The position numbers and the translations under genes are program-made. A model generated the notes under the pieces. It had not been told where the DNA came from, ran no database searches, and saw nothing but the letters and a program-made list of their open reading frames with translations. Positions 9,431-18,238 of a stretch of DNA of 64,000 bases are shown piece after piece. The stretch is from Anaerohalosphaeraceae bacterium. Lineage in GTDB: Bacteria; Planctomycetota; Phycisphaerae; Sedimentisphaerales; Anaerohalosphaeraceae. Position 1 is the first letter of the stretch. The number at the start of each line of letters is the position of its first letter. The stretch spans positions 34,848-98,847 of the forward strand of contig DAOSUR010000012.1 of assembly GCA_035378985.1 (NCBI GenBank). Direction: 5' to 3'.

Positions 9431-10228
9431 TCATCGAAGTCCCAAAACATCCTGCATCGAATAAAGCCCCGGGGTCTTCCCCAAGAGCCACCGAGCCGCA
9501 CTCAAAGCCCCTCGCGCAAACGTATCCCGACTATGAGCGGAGTGCGAAAGCGTAACCGTTTCGCCCTGTGTGCTGTAAATCACACTGTGCTGACCGACAA
9601 TATCACCCGCCCGAATCGCATGCATCCCAATCGTTCCCTTTTGACGCAGGGCCTCTTTGCCCTCACGTCCGTGAACCAATACATCCGGATATTTCCGACC
9701 TGTCTGCTCGCAAATGGACTGGGCCAGCGACAGGGCCGAACCGCTGGGGGCGTCTTTCTTATGTCGATGATGTGCCTCGACAATCTCGATATCATAATCT
9801 TCCCCCAGACTTTTGGCCACTCGCCCCACCAAGCTGAACAGCAGGTTCATTCCCAAACTCATATTGGTCGCCTGGACAATCGGGATTGCTTGAGCGGCCT
9901 TTCGAAGCAGGTCCAAATGTGCATCGGTAAGTCCGGTCGTTCCCATCACCAGAGCCGTTTTGGTCTTCTGGCAAAACGCAATGGTTTCCCCCGCCGCAGC
10001 AGGCAGAGAAAAATCAATCAACACATCCGCCTTTTTCTCCAGTCTGCCGGACAAAACCACCCCTGTATTCCCGCATCCGGCCAGCAATCCAGCATCCTTT
10101 CCGATATCCGGATGCTCCGGATGGTCCACCGCTCCAACTACTTTCCAGAAGCCGGACTCGAACGCCAAGGCAATCAGACGTTTGCCCATCCGCCCGGCTG
10201 CTCCGTGTATAATCAGTGTCGATTCCAT
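9431..10228 (-). CDS. dapB: 4-hydroxy-tetrahydrodipicolinate reductase
   Basis: 265 aa. N-terminal dinucleotide fold IHGAAGRMG and the DapB signature EAHHRHKKDAPSGSA. Confidence 0.92.
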   Translation of the reverse strand: MESTLIIHGAAGRMGKRLIALAFESGFWKVVGAVDHPEHPDIGKDAGLLAGCGNTGVVLSGRLEKKADVLIDFSLPAAAGETIAFCQKTKTALVMGTTGLTDAHLDLLRKAAQAIPIVQATNMSLGMNLLFSLVGRVAKSLGEDYDIEIVEAHHRHKKDAPSGSALSLAQSICEQTGRKYPDVLVHGREGKEALRQKGTIGMHAIRAGDIVGQHSVIYSTQGETVTLSHSAHSRDTFARGALSAARWLLGKTPGLYSMQDVLGLR

Positions 10229-10372
10229 TTAAACACCCCTTTTCTTACAGTTAAAATGGCTGAAATGTCGATGATAATAGCCGGAAATCCTTTAAAAAAC
10301 AAGGAAAGAACTGGTTGGTTTCTTGTCCTGTAGAAAAAAAAGAGAAACAAATAATAATTCAAGGAGAAAAAG

Positions 10373-10810
10373 ATGAGAAAAGCGTTTTTTTTGACAGGAT
10401 TGGTATTCGCGCTTTCGGCGACCCTCATTCTGACAGTCGGCTGTGAAAGCGACGCCCAGACCGATGCTCTCATCGGCGGGGCTATAGGCGCAGGTGTCGG
10501 CCAGGCCATCGGGCGGGATACAGAGGGAACACTCATCGGTGCCGCGGTCGGAGCCGGAGCCGGTTATGTAATCGGTGCGCAATCCGACAAAAAGAAAGCC
10601 GAACAGCAGCGTCAGCAGGAAGTCTATTCCCAACCTGTTAACCAGCCGGCTCCAACAGGAAGCACCGAAACCGTCTGGATTACCAACAGCAACGGCTCCA
10701 AAACATCTGTGATTCTTCGAAAGGAAGGGGATTCCTGGTACGGTCCTAAAGGCGAACGATACGACACCAAGCCGACGGAAGAGCAGCTGCGGGCGGTATA
10801 TGGATTTTAA
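10373..10810 (+). CDS. lipoprotein with glycine-zipper (YMGG-like) region
   Basis: Lipobox LTVGC. Glycine-zipper stretches GGAIGAGVGQAIG and GAAVGAGAGYVIG. AAGGAGAA SD. Confidence 0.75.
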   Translation: MRKAFFLTGLVFALSATLILTVGCESDAQTDALIGGAIGAGVGQAIGRDTEGTLIGAAVGAGAGYVIGAQSDKKKAEQQRQQEVYSQPVNQPAPTGSTETVWITNSNGSKTSVILRKEGDSWYGPKGERYDTKPTEEQLRAVYGF

Positions 10811-10840
10811 GAACTTTTGCCGAAGGTGGTCATCTCCATC

Positions 10841-10878
10841 AAAACAAAAAAGGGCGGCTTACGAAGCCGCTCTTTTTC
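10841..10878. terminator. bidirectional intrinsic terminator
   Basis: 9-bp stem GGGCGGCTT/AAGCCGCTC (10852-10872). It is flanked by an A-run on the left and TTTTT on the right, so it gives a U-tract on both strands. Confidence 0.65.
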
Positions 10879-10896
10879 ATTCAACAGAAACCCTCA

Positions 10897-11028
10897 TCAG
10901 GTTGCCTTTTTTGATGCTGCCTCTTCAGACTTTCCATGGGCTGCGACTGCTTCCTTTTTTTCCTCGGACATCTTGCCCAAATACGCCGGCAATTCCAACC
11001 CGTTCAGACTGTCAAGAAAGCCCTTCAT
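10897..11028 (-). CDS. small hypothetical protein (43 aa) at the 3' end of the mutY operon
   Basis: ATG at 11028 preceded by an AAGGAGA SD 6 nt upstream. Translation: MKGFLDSLNGLELPAYLGKMSEEKKEAVAAHGKSEEAASKKAT. The stop is followed by the bidirectional terminator. Confidence 0.5.
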   Translation of the reverse strand: MKGFLDSLNGLELPAYLGKMSEEKKEAVAAHGKSEEAASKKAT

Positions 11029-11115
11029 AAAATGTCTCCTTGTATTCCCCCGAAAATGCAGCAGAATTCTCCAAAAAAGCAATCCCTTTTCGGGGTACCG
11101 ATTGGAAATGAGGGG

Positions 11116-12219
11116 TTAAGACCGCTTTTTGTTTACCCAGGAATGCAGTTTTTGAAAAATTTTGTGATTGGCCGCCGGAAAAGCATATTCCTTTAACCGG
11201 CTGGTCCAGACCCATTTGACGGCATCACAGCCGAGCGGCTCGGCTTTTCCGTTTTGATACTCACACAAAAAGGCATGCAGCACAATCTTAAAGTGAGAAT
11301 ACACGTGCCGCACCACGGTCAGACACGGCCCGACGGAAACCGCGATGCCCGTCTCCTCTCGAATCTCGCGAGCCGCCGTCTCCTCGAGCGTCTCGCCCGC
11401 TTCTCTTTTGCCGCCGGGAAACTCCCACAATCCCCCCAAAAGCCCTTCGGCCTTTCTTTTGGCAATCAGGACCCGGCTGTTTCGTAAGACAATCCCAACC
11501 GCAATTTCATACTCGGGCAGTTTGCCGCTTTTGGGCATTTTCGGAAGAACGGCTTGAAGCCCCTTTTGTTTGGCCAGACAAAACGTCTCCAGCGGACAAT
11601 TCCGGCAATCCGGCAGGCCGGGTTTGCAGACAACGGCCCCCAGCTCCATCAGCGACTGGTTGAAATCCCCCGGGCGTTGGGGGCAAACCAGCGTTTCGGC
11701 CAGCTGCCAAAGTTTCTTTTTGACGGCGGATTGTGTCGGCGCCTGCCGGATGCAGAACAGCCGACACAGGACGCGAATGACATTGCCGTCCACCAGCGGC
11801 GCCGGCTGATGGAAGGCGATGCTCGCCACGGCTCCGGCGGTATAACGCCCGACGCCGGGAAGCTTCTGCAGCTCGCAGGCCTTCTCCGGAAACCGCCCGC
11901 CGTACTCCCGAACAATGATTTGAGCGGCCTTGTGCAGATGGCGGGCACGGCTGTAATAACCCAGCCCCTCCCACAGTTTTAATACCGAATCCAGTTTGGC
12001 CCTCGCCAGCGACTCAACCGTCGGGAAATGCCGCAAAAAGCGTTCATAATAAGGAATGACGGTTTCGATGCGCGTCTGCTGAAGCATCATTTCCGCCAGC
12101 CAGACGGCATAAGGGTCTTTTGTCCGCCGCCAGGGCAAATCGCGGTGCCCCTGATCCCACCAGCGCAGCAGGGCCTGTCGAATCTCTTCAGGTCTGGGGG
12201 TTTTTGAGTTCTTCGACAT
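11116..12219 (-). CDS. mutY: A/G-specific adenine DNA glycosylase
   Basis: 367 aa with an HhH-GPD domain, Fe-S cluster loop CKPGLPDCRNCPLETFC, and a C-terminal NUDIX-like domain (GGLWEFPGGKRE...). Confidence 0.92.
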   Translation of the reverse strand: MSKNSKTPRPEEIRQALLRWWDQGHRDLPWRRTKDPYAVWLAEMMLQQTRIETVIPYYERFLRHFPTVESLARAKLDSVLKLWEGLGYYSRARHLHKAAQIIVREYGGRFPEKACELQKLPGVGRYTAGAVASIAFHQPAPLVDGNVIRVLCRLFCIRQAPTQSAVKKKLWQLAETLVCPQRPGDFNQSLMELGAVVCKPGLPDCRNCPLETFCLAKQKGLQAVLPKMPKSGKLPEYEIAVGIVLRNSRVLIAKRKAEGLLGGLWEFPGGKREAGETLEETAAREIREETGIAVSVGPCLTVVRHVYSHFKIVLHAFLCEYQNGKAEPLGCDAVKWVWTSRLKEYAFPAANHKIFQKLHSWVNKKRS

Positions 12220-12889
12220 TGGGCAGGTCTTTAAGGGAGTTCAGCCCGAAGACTTCCAGGAACTTCTGCGTGGTGCCGTACTGCATCGGCCGGCCCAGAA
12301 TCTCCGCCCGGCCGACAATCTTCACCAGCCCCTTATACATCAGATTGCGAATAACCTCGCCGCTGGCCACACCGCGAATGGCCTCGATATCCGCCCGGAT
12401 AATCGGCTGCTTGTAGGCAATAATCGCCAGGGTCTCCAGGGCCGCCGGCGACAGTTTGTTGTCCGCTCGGACCTTCACCAGCTTCGACAGCCACGGATTA
12501 AAGACCGGCAGCGTCATCATCTGGTACCCGCCGGCAATCCTTTCGATGCGGAACGAAAAACCGCCCTCTCGGTACTTGCGGTTCAAGTCCCGAACACACT
12601 GGTGAATCTGCTTGAGGGTGCCCGCCTCGGCAATCTCCGCCAGCTTGGCAGGCTTGAGCGGTTCATCACTGGCAAACAGCACCGCCTCGATTACGGTTTC
12701 GAGCGTGGGAGTCAGCGCGGCTTCCTCCGCCGGCGATGCCTCCATCTCCTGAGGAAAATCCTCCGATTCCGCCTGCGGCGGCTCACTGGACACCGGCTCA
12801 TCCTCCGACGGCGTCGAAAGGTCAGCGGCCGGCTCCGGCCGGCCTATTGGATTGTCGATTTTATCCTGCTCGTTTAAATCATTTTCCAT
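12188..12889 (-). CDS. scpB: segregation and condensation protein B
   Basis: 233 aa. ScpB core IEAVLFASDEPL...GGYQMMT...LETLAIIAYKQPI after an acidic N-terminal extension of about 60 aa. Confidence 0.85.
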   Translation of the reverse strand: MENDLNEQDKIDNPIGRPEPAADLSTPSEDEPVSSEPPQAESEDFPQEMEASPAEEAALTPTLETVIEAVLFASDEPLKPAKLAEIAEAGTLKQIHQCVRDLNRKYREGGFSFRIERIAGGYQMMTLPVFNPWLSKLVKVRADNKLSPAALETLAIIAYKQPIIRADIEAIRGVASGEVIRNLMYKGLVKIVGRAEILGRPMQYGTTQKFLEVFGLNSLKDLPNVEELKNPQT

Positions 12890-13986
12890 ACAAACGGGTC
12901 CTTATCGTTTTTGCTGAGCCGTATTGTGACATCTCGGAGGTGTTTTTTCAATTTCCGAGCCAGGATTTTCAGGGCAAATCGTTCTGAATTGGAATGAGAC
13001 AGACACAGACAGGTCAGCCCGGCTTCGCTTGCCGCCAGGGCCTGATGATGCTTGAGTTCCCCGGTCAGGTACAAATCGCATCCTTCGTCTATGACGGCAC
13101 TTAAGATTTTTCCGCAGCTTCCGGCACACACAGCCGCCCTGCGGACAAGACGCTTTTGCGGCCCGACAATGCCGACGGCTTTGGTGCCGGCTGCCCGACG
13201 AATTCTTTCGAGGACCTGCTGAACGCTAAGGGGCTTGCGCAGTCTGCCGAAACGGCCCAATCCGAGGCGGTTTTCCACATCATAATGCCGCAACACATCA
13301 AATGCCGGCGTTTCATAGGGGTGGGCCCTCCGAAGGGCGGCCACAGCCGCCTGCACCTTGTCGGCGGAAACGACGGTTTCCAGACGGATTTCCTGTACTT
13401 CCTCCAGTTTGCCCCTTCGCCCGATGGTCGGGTTGGCGCCTTTAAGGGGCTTGAATGTCCCCGTCCCGACGGTTTGAAACCCGCAATGGGAGTAATGTCC
13501 GATGGCGCCGGCTCCGGCTTCGTAAAGGGCCTGAGCAACCTGATTGACGGAGTCCGTCGGCACAAAGGTTACAATCTTGTACTGGGGTCCTTTGGGGTCG
13601 GCGACAAAATCTCCGAGGGGTTTTGGGTCCTGAATCTCAAGAATCTCCGCCAGCGCATCATTGACACCGCCCAGCACGGCATCAAACGCCGTATGGATGG
13701 AAAAGACACCGATGCCCTCGCGAATCAGGGCATAAACCGGCGCGGTCGGCCCGTCGGCGGTAATCTTTTTCAGCCCGTCCCAGATAATTGGATGATAGGC
13801 CAAAATCAGGTCCGCTTTTGCAGCTTTGGCCTCTGCGACAACCGCCATCGTCGTATCAATCGTCAGCAGGATGGTTTTGATGTCCCGCCTGCGGTCACCG
13901 AGCAGGAATCCGACATTGTCCCATTCCTGCGCCAGTTTCAGCGGGGCAATTTCCTCCAGCAGCCGTTCTATCTGTTCGATTTTCAT
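12874..13986 (-). CDS. Nif3-like dinuclear metal centre protein (GTP cyclohydrolase 1 type 2 homologue)
   Basis: 370 aa. Motifs LILAYHP, SIHTAFD and YLTGELKHH, with an inserted PII-like domain. Confidence 0.85.
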   Translation of the reverse strand: MKIEQIERLLEEIAPLKLAQEWDNVGFLLGDRRRDIKTILLTIDTTMAVVAEAKAAKADLILAYHPIIWDGLKKITADGPTAPVYALIREGIGVFSIHTAFDAVLGGVNDALAEILEIQDPKPLGDFVADPKGPQYKIVTFVPTDSVNQVAQALYEAGAGAIGHYSHCGFQTVGTGTFKPLKGANPTIGRRGKLEEVQEIRLETVVSADKVQAAVAALRRAHPYETPAFDVLRHYDVENRLGLGRFGRLRKPLSVQQVLERIRRAAGTKAVGIVGPQKRLVRRAAVCAGSCGKILSAVIDEGCDLYLTGELKHHQALAASEAGLTCLCLSHSNSERFALKILARKLKKHLRDVTIRLSKNDKDPFVWKMI

Positions 13987-14831
13987 AGAGTCGAATCCCG
14001 AAGTTTTTCTTCGTATTTCTGCGTCAAGCTCTTGGTCACTGGACCGGGTTTGCCTTCACCGACAGTGTGGCCTTCCACCGCAATCACCGGCAGAATTGTC
14101 ATAATCACATTCGTCAGAAAGACCTCTTCGGCCGCCAGCAGGTCATTGATGTCCAGCGGACGCTCTTCCGTCGAAATCTTTTCCTGCCGGGCCAGCTCGA
14201 GCACTGTTTTTCGGGCGATGCCCGGCAGAACCGGTGTGGAAAGCGGCGGCGTGAGAAGTTTGCCCTGCCGAACCAAAAAAACATTGCTGATGCAGCCCTC
14301 GGCCAGCCGGTTTTCCGTTGTAAACCAGAGGGCTTCAGCCGCCAGTTTCTCGTGTGCAACGCGCAGCGCCGCCAGACGCGGCCCGTAGCAGGTCGTTTTG
14401 TGCCCTGCAAAGGGGTCTTTGGGATTCTGGCGGTAATCCGTAATCACTACCCGCACGCCTTTTTCGAAATACTCCTTCGGATAAGGGACAAACGCCGTGG
14501 CCGTAATCAGCAGGGTTGAGCGGCGGTTTTCTTCGGCCCGCAGGGAGCCGCCGGTCAGCGTCAGACGAATCCGGGCGTCCGTCAGCTGGTTGGCCCGCAG
14601 GACCTGTCCAACGGCATCCTGTACCTCCTCCTTCGAATAGGAATTCACAATCGAGAGGGCCTGAGCGGAGTCCGCCAGCCGCTGCCAATGGTCCGAAAAG
14701 CGAAACACCCGCCCCCCAACTGCCCGCATCGTTTCAAACAGTCCGATTCCGTACAAAAAGGAGCTGTCATCAATCCCGATTCGGGCCTGGGATGCGGGCA
14801 CAAGAGAACCATTCAGAAAAACCTGCTCCAT
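13983..14831 (-). CDS. pabC: aminodeoxychorismate lyase / class IV aminotransferase
   Basis: 282 aa with a fold-type IV PLP enzyme layout. It lies immediately downstream of pabB and overlaps nif3 by 4 nt. Confidence 0.75.
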   Translation of the reverse strand: MEQVFLNGSLVPASQARIGIDDSSFLYGIGLFETMRAVGGRVFRFSDHWQRLADSAQALSIVNSYSKEEVQDAVGQVLRANQLTDARIRLTLTGGSLRAEENRRSTLLITATAFVPYPKEYFEKGVRVVITDYRQNPKDPFAGHKTTCYGPRLAALRVAHEKLAAEALWFTTENRLAEGCISNVFLVRQGKLLTPPLSTPVLPGIARKTVLELARQEKISTEERPLDINDLLAAEEVFLTNVIMTILPVIAVEGHTVGEGKPGPVTKSLTQKYEEKLRDSTL

Positions 14832-14864
14832 ACTATCCTCCGGTTATCCGCCTTTTGAACCATA

Positions 14865-16340
14865 CTATAAACGGCCGCCGCTGGGATGAACAGCAAAAAC
14901 CGCCGGCCTGTGCGGCCGCGAGCATACGGCCTGAACCGCATTCTGCAGGGCCCGGGCTTTCAGCAGCATCTCCTCCCATTCCGCCTGCGGCTGGGAATCG
15001 GCGACAATACCCCCGCCGGTCTGGAGGAAAACACACCCGTTTTTCACGACCGTCGTCCGGATGGCCACATTCAGACAGGCATCCCCGTTCAATGCCAGCC
15101 AGCCGACGGCGCCGGTATAAACTCCGCGAGCCGTCGGTTCCAGTTCATCAATGATTTCCATCGCACGGATTTTCGGTGCTCCCGTCACCGAACCGCCCGG
15201 AAAAACCGCCCGAAGGATTTCCAAAAAGAGCGCCGGGTCATTGCGCCGCGGGAGCAGCCCCTCTATGGCCGCAACGGCCTGATAGACGGTGGCATATTCT
15301 TCAATCGTACGGAACTGAGAGACAATCCGGCTGCCGGGCACACAGACCCGCGCCAGGTCATTGCGCTCCAAATCCACAATCATCGCCAGCTCGGCCTGTT
15401 CTTTTTCACTTTCCGCCAAATCCCGAAACGCCGTCCGATTCCGTTCCTCCGCATTCGGCCCGCTGACGCGCGGACGGGTTCCTTTCATCGGCCGCGTGCA
15501 GATATGCCGGTCGCGAATCTGCAAAAACAATTCGGGCGAGGCGCTGACGACGGCCCAGTCTTCGGCCGCCAGATACGCCGCATACGGGCTGGGGTTCCAG
15601 CGGCTGTGCCAGTGAAAAAGGTCGATGGGTCTTCCGTCGAAGGGACTTTCCATCCTTCGGGTCAAATTAACCTGATAAACCTCCCCGTCATAAATGTATC
15701 GGCGGATGCGCTCCAGAGCGGCCAGATAGTCCTGACAACTCATTCGGGATGTAAACCGGACGCGCTCGGCATCCGCCGCAAAAGGAATCTCCGGCACATC
15801 CTGATGTTCGGCCTCCCGCAGCCAGCCGGACAGTTGGGCAAACTTGTCTTCGGCGGAAATGTTTCCCCCCTCTATCTCCACCGCCGCCAGCCAATATTCC
15901 TGCCGGTTATGATGGAAGAGAACGGCCTTATCATAAAAGCCCAGCCAGACGACGGGCATTTGGATATCGTCCTGTGCCTGCCCCGGCAGTTTTTCAAAAA
16001 AGCGCCCCAGTTCATAGGCAAAATATCCCATCCAGCCCCCGCAAAAAACCCCTTGAGGCACAGGAACCTCTTCGGCCAATCGGTACGAAGAAAGAGCCCG
16101 CTCCAGCCGAGCCGGCAGGTCCGGCTCATTCAGAGCCGCCTGAAAAATCGCAGCGGGCTGAGCACAAAAGATACTGAAATGATGGACCGAGTCATTGCCG
16201 CCCCAAACGGCCGGAAATTCTTTGCGGGAAATTGTTTCATAGAGCTGGGAAACAGCTGCCTTTGAAAAGATCGGACGAAGAAAACACCGACACGCTTTGG
16301 GATGGAGCGGATGCATAAAACTATTTCGCCGCAGAAGCAA
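14865..16340 (-). CDS. pabB: aminodeoxychorismate synthase component I
   Basis: Chorismate-binding enzyme signature FPGGSVTGAPKIRAMEII. Adjacent to the class IV aminotransferase. The true start may be the internal ATG at 16316. Confidence 0.8.
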   Translation of the reverse strand: MLLRRNSFMHPLHPKACRCFLRPIFSKAAVSQLYETISRKEFPAVWGGNDSVHHFSIFCAQPAAIFQAALNEPDLPARLERALSSYRLAEEVPVPQGVFCGGWMGYFAYELGRFFEKLPGQAQDDIQMPVVWLGFYDKAVLFHHNRQEYWLAAVEIEGGNISAEDKFAQLSGWLREAEHQDVPEIPFAADAERVRFTSRMSCQDYLAALERIRRYIYDGEVYQVNLTRRMESPFDGRPIDLFHWHSRWNPSPYAAYLAAEDWAVVSASPELFLQIRDRHICTRPMKGTRPRVSGPNAEERNRTAFRDLAESEKEQAELAMIVDLERNDLARVCVPGSRIVSQFRTIEEYATVYQAVAAIEGLLPRRNDPALFLEILRAVFPGGSVTGAPKIRAMEIIDELEPTARGVYTGAVGWLALNGDACLNVAIRTTVVKNGCVFLQTGGGIVADSQPQAEWEEMLLKARALQNAVQAVCSRPHRPAVFAVHPSGGRL

Positions 16341-17010
16341 ACTCCTGCAGAATCTGCACGGAGGAGGAGGTCCCTAATCGAGCGGCGCCCGCCTCGAGCA
16401 TTGCCAGGGCCTGCTGGGCTGTTCGGATGCCGCCGGAGGCCTTGATTCTGCATCGCGGGGCCGTCTGAGCCATCAGCCGTACGTGTTCGACCGTCGCCCC
16501 GCCGGCCTTGTGCATGCCGGTGCTGGTCTTGAGAAAATCAACCCCAATCTCCTGACCGATTCGGCAGGCAAAGACAATCTGCTCGTCCGTCAGCGCCGCC
16601 GACTCGATAATCACCTTCAGCACCACCGGCGGGTTCATCTGCCGACAGACCTTCCAGACCGATTCAATATCTCGCCGGAGCATCTTGTCGTCTTTTTCCA
16701 CAATAGCAGCCAAATCCGCCACCATATCCAGCTCGTCCGCACCGTTCATAACGGCCTCCTGGGCCTCGAGGGCCTTCAGCCGCGGACTGGATGTGCCCAG
16801 CGGAAAACCGACCACCGCCGCCGTACGGACTCCGCTGCCCCTCAGCAGGTCCGCCGCCAGAGACACCCATTTGCCGGTTACGCACACCGCCGCAAACCGA
16901 TGCTCGATCGCCTCCTGACAGAGCCGGCGAATATCCGCCTGAACCGCTGTAGGGCTCAGCAGGGTATGGTCCATCAGCGCCGCCAGTTCCTGATGCGTTT
17001 TCACAATCAA
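16321..17010 (-). CDS. deoC: deoxyribose-phosphate aldolase
   Basis: 229 aa class I aldolase with motifs FLKTSTG and the Schiff-base region IKASGGIRT. Confidence 0.9.
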   Translation of the reverse strand: MIVKTHQELAALMDHTLLSPTAVQADIRRLCQEAIEHRFAAVCVTGKWVSLAADLLRGSGVRTAAVVGFPLGTSSPRLKALEAQEAVMNGADELDMVADLAAIVEKDDKMLRRDIESVWKVCRQMNPPVVLKVIIESAALTDEQIVFACRIGQEIGVDFLKTSTGMHKAGGATVEHVRLMAQTAPRCRIKASGGIRTAQQALAMLEAGAARLGTSSSVQILQEFASAAK

Positions 17011-18092
17011 ATCCGCCCTCCGTATTCTTTGCGGAAAAAGTCCAGGGCCTCCTGAGCCGATGAAAAAACCCGGCTGGCCGTCTGGGTCACAAATACCGAC
17101 GGGGCCTTCTTGGGTATCCAGATTACATAGACCTGCTTGGCCGTTTCGTGAGCGTGCTGAAGCTCGCGCTCCACGCCGCTGGACAAGGCCGGCATCCCAT
17201 CCGGCAGGGCCGGCACAAAACTGATAATCATTTCCGACTGGTCAATCAGCATAAAATCCCGCGCATAAATCTGGCTGTTGATGTCGGTTTCAATCTGAAG
17301 GACCTCCTCCACATCAAAATGGACCGTCTGGCCGAGGGCTTTCACCTCGATGGTTTTCTGGCCTTCCTGCTTGGCTTTTTTCGCATAATACGGCAGGTAC
17401 GCTTCCTCCAAATCGCCCGGGTCAAAGCAGGTAAAAATCTCCTTCATCGTATCACGAAACCGGTCAATCTCGGCAATCACATCCGGCAGTCCCGCCACGT
17501 GGGTCATCGGAAAGCTCAGATAAGCCCGCGGCCGCTGGGGTTCAAACGCCAGACGATAAAAGGTCTCCACCGTATTCTTGTGCAGCCCGCGTGCCAGACA
17601 GTAAAACGGCGCCTCCGGTCGCGTTCCCTGCTGCATCATCTGGGTCCCCAGAATCTCCTCCTCGCGCCAGACCAGCAGGTCTTTAAGGGTATGCTGACTG
17701 CGGTGGTCTTTCTTGAGCCGCACGTGAAGCCGCTCGGCGCTGTCGATAATACAGATAAACAAATCCGGCTTCAGAGCCCGTGTCTGGTAAAAATCAAACG
17801 CCGGAAACAGCCCATGCCGCCAGCGGAAGGTTGCATGCGTATTGACAACCACATGCTCGTGGGTGCGGGCCTGGGCCAGAATGTCCTTAAACACACTGCG
17901 GCGAAGCGAATGCAGCCGCTCCCGGGAGATGTCCAGAATCCGTCCCGGCGGCACATCCGGCGCCTCGGCATACATCCGATCCCCCACATTGCACAACAGA
18001 ATATCCTTGCCCTGCCGACGGGCATAGTCGCAAACCTCCTCCAGGTATTCCTTTTTATCCAATCCGACCATGCCGGATACCACTATTTTCAT
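17007..18092 (-). CDS. two-domain protein: archaeal-type adenylate-kinase-like N-domain (degenerate P-loop) fused to a nucleoside 2-deoxyribosyltransferase-like C-domain
   Basis: N-terminus MKIVVSGMVGLDKKEY...VVVNTHATFRWRHGLFPAFD...FICIIDSAERLHVRLKKD resembles AdkA but lacks GxxxxGK[ST]. The C-terminus ...YLSFPMTH...SSGVERELQHAHETAKQVYVIW resembles the NDT/Rcl fold. The stop overlaps the deoC start by 4 nt. Confidence 0.45.
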   Translation of the reverse strand: MKIVVSGMVGLDKKEYLEEVCDYARRQGKDILLCNVGDRMYAEAPDVPPGRILDISRERLHSLRRSVFKDILAQARTHEHVVVNTHATFRWRHGLFPAFDFYQTRALKPDLFICIIDSAERLHVRLKKDHRSQHTLKDLLVWREEEILGTQMMQQGTRPEAPFYCLARGLHKNTVETFYRLAFEPQRPRAYLSFPMTHVAGLPDVIAEIDRFRDTMKEIFTCFDPGDLEEAYLPYYAKKAKQEGQKTIEVKALGQTVHFDVEEVLQIETDINSQIYARDFMLIDQSEMIISFVPALPDGMPALSSGVERELQHAHETAKQVYVIWIPKKAPSVFVTQTASRVFSSAQEALDFFRKEYGGRI

Positions 18093-18238
18093 CGCAATCT
18101 CCTGCGTTTTATCTCGTTGTTCGCCAAGTCAAAAGAGAAGACCATTGTAGCCCTGCAAAGGAAAAATGCAAGAAAATGCCCTTCTTGTTCCGATAAAAGA
18201 TAGCCAAACAGCCGAGTTTCGGATACAATGCGAGGGCG

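Noticed and set aside
14886-16265. 459-aa plus-strand ORF antisense to pabB. Similar long antisense ORFs occur at 13156..14388, 18518..19858, 37372..38922, 40327..41724, 46183..47169, 20767..21687, 21787..22707 and 49844..50728.
   Set aside because: All have biased Arg/Gly/Pro composition and no recognisable motifs. All lie opposite confidently identified genes, so I treat them as non-coding shadow frames.
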